Below are positions 58,101 to 64,000 of a stretch of DNA of 64,000 nt, one piece after another; the stretch's first letter is position 1; every line of letters starts with the position of its first letter. This stretch comes from Polyangiales bacterium (GTDB lineage: Bacteria > Myxococcota_A > Polyangia > Polyangiales > Polyangiaceae). The DNA lies in the NCBI GenBank assembly GCA_038231275.1, contig JBBRLQ010000002.1, positions 597,647 through 661,646 of the forward strand. The letters are read 5' to 3'. Below the pieces are notes generated by a model, which saw only the letters and a program-made list of their open reading frames with translations, was not told the origin of the DNA and ran no database searches. The translations under genes and the position numbers were made by a program.

Positions 58101-58214
58101 ATGTTTGCGCTCTACGCGACTCCGTTGTCCGCGAACGGGCGGAAGGTCCTTGCCGTGAGCCGCCACCTCGAGCTCGAGGCCCGGCTTCCAGCGGTACTAG
58201 GGGCCACGACGTGA
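58101..58214 (+). pseudogene. Glutathione S-transferase N-terminal fragment
   Basis: MFALYATPLSANGRKVLAVSRHLEL, after which similarity stops. Confidence 0.55.
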
Positions 58215-59128
58215 ACGCGGTGCTTCGGCTACAAATTGGACTGCTCGCGATCGGCGACGGCGACTGCGCGCTCGTCCAACCATGCGCGACGTTCGTCCCG
58301 CTGTCGCCGCTGTCGGATCAGAAGCGGGCGTGGCACGTGGTGCGGCGGGACGACGTGAACAACGAGGTGCGCCGCGCGCTCGATTTGTTCGACCCGGTCG
58401 AGCGCGTGCCGGAGGCGCAACCGCTCGATCGCCTCATGGTCGAGACGTGCCCGCTCGTGATCGTGTCCGACGAGGTCCGCGCCGAGCTCGTGTCGCGCGA
58501 CGTTCGCGTGTGGACCGTGGGGTACCATCGAACACCGGACCTCTTGTTCGTGGCCGGGGCGGGCGGCGACGCTCCGATGCGCTGGGCGGCGACCCCGTAC
58601 GACATGTCTCGCGCGGGTCACACGCAAATTGCTCTCGTCGATCGAGTGCTTCGAGCGGCGACGGGTGGCGCGATCGACGAGCCATCGCTCATGCTCGCGG
58701 CGGAGCTCCAACGTCTCGGCTGGGACGACTGGTCGCGACCCGTGGCCGAGCGCGCGCACGCGCGCCAAGTCATCGAGATGGTTCGTGACGATCCCGAGGA
58801 GGCGCGCGCGTGCTTTTACGACTCGTTGCAGAGCTCGTTCGCGCGCCACTTCGGCGCTCGAAGCGTCCCGCCCTACGACGAGGCGACGGTTCGCACGGTG
58901 CGCGCGATGCGGACGGCGTCTGGGCCCGAGGAAGTGCGCATCGAAGACGCGGGTGTGTTCCGCCGCGAATCGTCGCCCGAAGTCGTGGTCGCCATTCCGA
59001 ATTCGCCGGACGATTGGGTGGCGAAATGGTTCACCGCGTTCGATGTCGTGGCGATAGACCCCTTCGGCGCGACGAGCCGGGTGCTGCGAATTCCGACTGC
59101 CTATCGTTACGTCCGAAGAGGCAGGTGA
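58211..59128 (+). CDS. Hypothetical protein
   Basis: 305-aa ORF, globular composition, no motif recognised. Confidence 0.6.
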   Translation: MNAVLRLQIGLLAIGDGDCALVQPCATFVPLSPLSDQKRAWHVVRRDDVNNEVRRALDLFDPVERVPEAQPLDRLMVETCPLVIVSDEVRAELVSRDVRVWTVGYHRTPDLLFVAGAGGDAPMRWAATPYDMSRAGHTQIALVDRVLRAATGGAIDEPSLMLAAELQRLGWDDWSRPVAERAHARQVIEMVRDDPEEARACFYDSLQSSFARHFGARSVPPYDEATVRTVRAMRTASGPEEVRIEDAGVFRRESSPEVVVAIPNSPDDWVAKWFTAFDVVAIDPFGATSRVLRIPTAYRYVRRGR

Positions 59129-59169
59129 CGTGCAGGAAGCAACATTCGTTGCAGTCCGCGCTGCTCACG

Positions 59170-60273
59170 TTACCGCGAGACCGCGAGACCGGCGGAGCGG
59201 AGCAACGCCATCCAGGTGGCGCTCGGTTCGCCGTGCGTCGCCTCGAAGTGGAGTGCGATGAGCTGAAACGACAGTCCGGCGCGACGAGCCCAGATGAAGA
59301 GATCGCGAGGGCGTCGGATACGGGGGTTTGGCCGGTCGTCGAAGATGGCGCGGAGCATATCCTCCTTCGTCGAGATGCCCTTTTTCTCCGGCTCGTCGTC
59401 GTCGTCGTCCTCCGGCGCCTCGCTCAGCATGTCCGTCATGAAGTCGGTCGCGAGATCGTCATCGATGAGGCCCGCTGAGGCTGCCATACAGATCGTCCCG
59501 GCCGTGAAGAGCTCGAAGACGCCCTCCTGAACGGCGTTTTCTTGGTCCACCACAATCAGGCTAAGATCCGAGCTGAAGGAGATCGGCGGCAAGCGCGTGC
59601 GTCGCTGCTCTTGTGTGAAGACCGACCGAAGGGTGGCGCGCGCGTTGGGATGTTGACCGCGCGATGCATCGACGGAACGAAGCGAGAGCGGAGCGACGGG
59701 GATGGCGCCGAGAAACATATCTGCGGGCGTGAGGCCGCACGCGTCGAGCTTGGCCAGCACACGACGCCCCGCGTCGACGAGCACGGAGCGCTCATGGTCG
59801 GACAATCGAGAGAACGAATCCAAGGCTTCGCCGTCGGCGAGACGATCGAGGCGCGCCTTGCATGTGGTCAACGACGAGAGTCGCGCGAGCGCCCGCATGG
59901 CGGATGGCCCCGTCGACACCTCGAGCTCGGTCCCATGTCGCTCGACGAGCGCGCCGACCTCGCCGCTGCGGACGAGCGTGCCCGCCGGCAGGGTGGAAGT
60001 TGGCGACCTCTCGATCACGGCGATGCCGCCAAACATCATCCTTTCGAGCGTTGCGAGCGGAAGCCCACAGACCGCCGAGAAATCAGAGGCGAGCCACGGA
60101 TGCAAGACCGGCGACACCTCGAAATAGCCCAAACGGGCCTCACCCGTCGGACCGAGCCCGTCCACCGAATCGAGGTCGTTCGCGTCGGTGATGCAGGTGC
60201 TCGCCGACTCGATCACATCTGCCTTCTTCGCGGGAACGATCCGCCACGAGGCCGAAAGTTGAAAATAGCTCAT
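59170..60273 (-). CDS. Stand-alone divergent homologue of the RNA polymerase beta-prime clamp region
   Basis: Colinear blocks [86 protein letters not shown] resemble RpoC residues of about 100-310. No zinc-finger cysteines and no NADFDGD. Confidence 0.65.
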   Translation of the reverse strand: [367 protein letters not shown]

Positions 60274-60489
60274 GAACAATCAGCTTACGAGCGCGCCGGT
60301 CCGGTCTTCCCCGTCGGCTTGGCTGCAATTCAAGTGGTCAGACCAGCGACACGAATGCGTCGACGTGCACCTAAACAGAGTTGCCCGTTCGGCGGGTTGG
60401 CGGCAAGACAGCGGACCACGGGACGTCCCATCCACGCAGGGTCTTGCATTCAGCTGCGCCCTCTTCGAGGTAGTGTTCTTCGGGTCGCC

Positions 60490-60531
60490 GGAAAGGAACT
60501 CCGCCCCGTCCAGGGAAGGAAGGGCGGAGTT
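60490..60531 (-). terminator. Hairpin downstream of the tRNA 3' fragment
   Basis: AACTCCGCCC (60497-60506) pairs with GGGCGGAGTT (60522-60531), followed by CCTTT on the minus strand. Confidence 0.6.
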
Positions 60532-60541
60532 TCCATCTCTT

Positions 60542-60563
60542 AGTTGCGCGGGTAGGATTTGAA
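60542..60563 (-). mobile_element. 3' fragment of an initiator-type tRNA-Met; probable att site of an integrated element
   Basis: Minus strand reads TTCAAAT-CCTAC-CCGCGCA-A-CT: T-loop, T-stem 3' arm and acceptor arm ending GCAA. No 5' half of the tRNA. Confidence 0.7.
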
Positions 60564-60614
60564 GCCAGAAAAGCTGAGCGATTACAGCAGCATTCGCACA
60601 CTTCTGAGCGCGAC

Positions 60615-60836
60615 TTGGTCCAAACCCCCTCCGAAACCCCGCGATACCCCGTCGACCAAAACGAGTTTGGACCAACCGTTGGACCAATCGAAGCGGCGCT
60701 CGCGAATGCGCTCGAGGCGGCAGCGGCAGCGGGCAGGTTCGACGTCGTGGCGCAGCTCGCGAAGGAGCTCGAAGCGCGGCGACTGGCCAGCGCGGGGAAT
60801 GTCGTCGTGCTCACACAGCACCGCGACCGACGCTGA
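60615..60836 (+). other. Detached C-terminal tail of an integrase (attP-in-int type) or small ORF
   Basis: PIEAALANALEAAAAAGRFDVVAQLAKELEARRLASAGNVVVL, directly beside the tRNA fragment. Confidence 0.5.
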
Positions 60837-60963
60837 CTGGCCGCGTCGACCGAGGACGGTCGCCCCAGTGGACGCCGCTCTAGGCGGCCGCGTAGGCTCA
60901 GAGGATGTCGGGGGGGACGCAGCGTGCGTGGCCATCGAGCCGTCGTTCGCCTACTCTAGACAA

Positions 60964-62160
60964 GTGACCGAGTCGGGGGACGAGAGCCGGGACCTGTACA
61001 AGGTGCTCGGGGTCGACGCAACAGCATCGGCGGACCAGATCGGTGCCTCGTTCAAGCGGCTCGCCGCCCGCCTTCACCCTGACCGCAACCAAGGCGACCC
61101 GACCGCGGCGGTGAAATTCAAGCGCGTGAACGCCGCATACCAGGTGCTCAGAGACCCGCAGAAGCGAAGTCAGTATGACGACCTGACTCGCCCTGTCGAA
61201 GACTTCGACGAAGAAGCGCCCGGCTTCGATTCGAAGGCTCTTTCTGCAGCAGTCTCGCGAGGCCTGCTGCTCGCCTTGCAGGCGGCGATGGCGCGTGACT
61301 TGGACGTCACCGACGACGATTTGGCAGAGATCGCGATGGCATGGCTACACAAGCACATGGGGGGCGGGGCACCGGGGTCCCCTTCTCAGGCCATACTCGC
61401 GTCCCTCACTCCCGCCTTTGTGGCCAGGATGATGGCAAAGATGGCCGCAGGCATTCGCCTGGTGGCGAGTCGCGCAGTCGCTGCCGCGCTTGACGAGGAG
61501 GCGGGGGCCGGGGACCCTCCCGTCGCCGCGTTCGTGGAGGTGTGTTTTCGAAACGACCTACCCAAGCTCGCGGACCACATCGACCCGGCATTTACGTTTC
61601 ATCTTGGGCGCAGCTATGCCGGCATGTGTCGGCAATCGGGCCGGCATCCCGAGGCGTGGTTTGCGTGGTTCGCGCGGCGCGTGCAGGATGGTTACTGGGC
61701 ATACCGACGAAACAAACGGCATGGCCCACAGAGCGAGCCGCGCCCCTCGCCTCGTCCCGGACCGAACGCGAATTGCGAAGCGGCGCAACGGCCGCCCGCG
61801 AGCGAGCCGCCGAAACGGAAAAAATCACCCCCGCAAACGGCGCAACGGCCGCCCGCGAGCGAGCCGCTGAAATGGAAGAATCCGCCTCACCAGGAGGCGC
61901 CGCCGACCGAGGCATGGGCTGGATCCAACATCGCAGTTCTGGCCGGGCTCGGATTCGTTCTGGTGGGCGCCCTTGCCGCGGGCGGTGCCTTCTCGTCTCA
62001 GCCGGCGACCCCGGTACCGCAAACGGAAGCACCCGCAGCAGCGTCCGCCCCACTCTACGTCCCGCCACCCCCGCCGAAGATCTACACGGTCCAAGCAGGA
62101 GACGGTTGGTCGATCATCGCCGCGCGCACTGGGGTCAAGATGCACGACCTGTTGCTGTGA
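60964..62160 (+). pseudogene. J-domain + TM + LysM protein truncated by IS insertion
   Basis: DLYKVLGV...LHPDRN...AYQVLRDPQKRSQYD; TM IAVLAGLGFVLVGALAA; YTVQAGDGWSIIAARTGVKMHDLL stops mid-LysM at the IS end. Confidence 0.8.
61781..61890 (+). repeat. 57-bp tandem coding repeat (2 copies)
   Basis: CGGCGCAACGGCCGCCCGCGAGCGAGCCGC at 61781 and 61838 (AQRPPASEP). Confidence 0.85.
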
Positions 62161-63692
62161 TCTTCACCCGCTTCCGTCTGGCCATTCATCGCAATTTTCC
62201 CTGTGATTTAAGAACCTCCAGAGCGACGGCGACCGGAGTGATGAAGTCGAGGCCGCGCCGAAGCGTGACGGCGCCTGGTAGCCCGCTCGACTTGTGACCC
62301 GCGTATCCGCCCAGGTCGGCGAGCCATCGCACGGCCTGGGCGATCGTCGGCATCTCGTCGGGGATGTGCTCGGTGCGCTTCGCGTAGCGGCGCTTCATGA
62401 GGATGAGCGCGTCGATCTCGTGCTGCGTGAAGGTTCCCAGCGCGGGTTCGTCGGGGGTCGTCCGTGCGAGCACTCTCAGGCGTTCGATCCGAGCGGCGGT
62501 CACGACCGCAAGTATTGCCCACTTGATGACGCTCGCGGAGGATCGGAGTTGGGTCTCCTCGACGCGAAGCGCGCCGGACTTCCAAACGCGATGAAGCTCC
62601 TCGATTCTCCATCGCTTCGTGTACCCGTCGATGACGGCGAGGACGTCCTTCATCGTCGTCACGGAGTGGTTCGTCAGGAGGCGCCAGTGCAGCGGCTTCT
62701 CGCCGCGTGGCGTCGTGCCCACCTCCAAGATGTCGACAACGTTCACGCCGAGCGCGAGGCTTTGCTCGGAATGGGCTTCGACCATGTCGAGCGTCGTGGT
62801 CGCCGTACGGATCCGAAGCTGCGCGCTACGCCCCGCGCGATGCAGTCGCGCCGGGATGTAGAGGCTCACGGTGTCTCGATATTTTCCTCTCCGCGCGACG
62901 TTCCGGAGGCGACGCCGTCGTCCCGCTCCGTCTGGTGCTACGAAGCGATGACCGTACGTCGAGCGCACGGTAAACCACTGGCCGGTGAGATGGATCGCCG
63001 CCAACGTCCAGTACCGATCTCCCTCCCGGTCGACCTGAAACCACGCGCGGCAACCGGCCAGCACAAGCGCTCGCGTGGCCTGGTCGATCGCCCGGACCCA
63101 ATGGACGGTCTCCTTCTCTTCGAGCGGCCGCTTCGTGCAGTCGCTGCGCTTCCTGCGTGCTCGGCGCGTCCACCACTGCTAATTCAGGACCCCAATCGGC
63201 GTGCCGTCCGCGGAGACGGCATAGGCATGGATCACCTTCAATCCCCGCGCGCCATTCAACGTCGAACCCACGCCGCCGAAGTCCTTGCGGCGCTCCCAGT
63301 CGGCCAGCTTCAGACTCGTGCCATCGACGACGACGTGAACCCACGGCGCCTGCTCGCATCGCCGCACGGTCGCGGTCTCCGCGGCCGCGAGGATCGCTTC
63401 ACGGGGAACGCGAGAGTTGCCGAGAAGATCGTAGGCCCCCTGCCGCTCGGCACTGCTTCGAAAGACATCCAGCACCTTACCCCCGGGACGCTCGGCGAGC
63501 GCTGCTGCCATGTGAACCAACCGCGTAGTGCGTCGCGGATCGCGCAGCTCCGCGTGCCCGAACTCCTCGTACGCCCAGTCTCGCGCATCCCCATCGCCGG
63601 TTTGCATGCCTCGGAAACGGCGCCCTTCCCCTTGAAATTCCCGAGGAACACCGACTTCCGATCAATGGCCAGACGAGACCGGGGGAGGATCA
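62158..63692 (-). mobile_element. IS4 family (IS50/Tn5-like) insertion sequence
   Basis: Imperfect 34-bp inverted repeats at 62158-62191 and 63659-63692 (6 mismatches) enclose the transposase. No target duplication found. Confidence 0.85.
62186..63607 (-). pseudogene. IS4 family transposase with in-frame TAG at 63179-63181
   Basis: WAYEEFGHAELRDPRRTTRL, VVVDGT, VDREGD, WRLLT, YTKRWRIEELHRVWKSG, WLADLGGY; both ORF pieces are in the same frame. Confidence 0.9.
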
Positions 63693-63705
63693 ATGCGCGC
63701 GTCGC

Positions 63706-63779
63706 CGGATGGCGATCGGACAAGACGGCGCATCGCGATCACACAAGATGGCGGATGGCGATCGGACAAGACGGCGCAT
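63706..63779. repeat. 28-bp exact direct repeat, 46-bp period
   Basis: CGGATGGCGATCGGACAAGACGGCGCAT at 63706-63733 and 63752-63779. Confidence 0.9.
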
Positions 63780-64000
63780 TCAGATCATCCCCTGAGCTAA
63801 CGCTCTCCCGGGCGGGGGGAAGATCATCCTGCTTTCGACTGTCGCTCACGACGTCAAGCTGGGCGACGTCCCGGTCTCTGCTGAAATTTGAAGGTGGCGG
63901 TTCCACCGGCCCCGATCGAAAGATCGAGGTGCTTAACCCGAAAGGAACCGCCAATGAAAGACACTGCCAGGAAGAAGGACCGGCGCCAAGCGGCGTCGCC

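Noticed and set aside
59170-60273. Calling this gene rpoC
   Set aside because: Only 367 aa, highly divergent, no zinc finger, no NADFDGD and no rpoB neighbour.
60542-60563. Complete tRNA gene
   Set aside because: Only the T-loop to acceptor 3' strand is present; upstream sequence does not form D or anticodon arms.
63179-63181. Programmed amber readthrough (pyrrolysine) in the transposase
   Set aside because: No pyl genes in the window; a CAG-to-TAG change or base error is simpler.
63706-63779. 28-bp direct repeats as a CRISPR array
   Set aside because: Only two copies, an 18-nt spacer and no cas genes.
63954-64000. ORF start MKDTARKKDRRQAAS with a possible RBS
   Set aside because: Only 15 codons inside the window; cannot be supported.

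Overview
Very GC-rich bacterial DNA. The gene content (Cys-rich lipoproteins, a membrane Ser/Thr kinase, an integrase-tail peptide) suggests a myxobacterium of the Sorangiineae/Polyangiaceae type; this is inference. The window has four parts. (1) 0-2.7 kb: small stress genes and an ArsR-SRPBCC-DoxX-DUF1801 operon. (2) 2.7-17 kb, mostly minus strand: a multiheme cytochrome c locus with four cytochromes carrying 10, 23, 14 and 27 hand-counted heme motifs (74 total), a probable outer-membrane beta-barrel, a 4-His cytochrome b-like membrane protein, and a membrane-anchored ferredoxin/NAD(P)H flavoprotein with a circularly permuted thioredoxin-reductase motif order. Together these are the parts for a cytoplasm-to-surface electron conduit that is not built from recognisable Mtr components. 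(3) 17-52.5 kb: an accessory patchwork of regulators with palindromic operators, VOC/GNAT/methyltransferase genes and secreted proteins, with scattered duplicated gene fragments. (4) 52.5-64 kb: island debris (Swt1/HEPN, AbiEii-like, phosphoesterase, integrase and GST fragments), an S9 peptidase, a stand-alone protein that aligns by eye with the RNA polymerase beta-prime clamp, the 3' end of an initiator-type tRNA plus terminator (probable att site), a J-domain/LysM gene cut by an IS4 element, and that element's transposase with a premature stop. No CRISPR array, rRNA or complete tRNA was seen. All family calls come from motif recognition by eye, not database searches.
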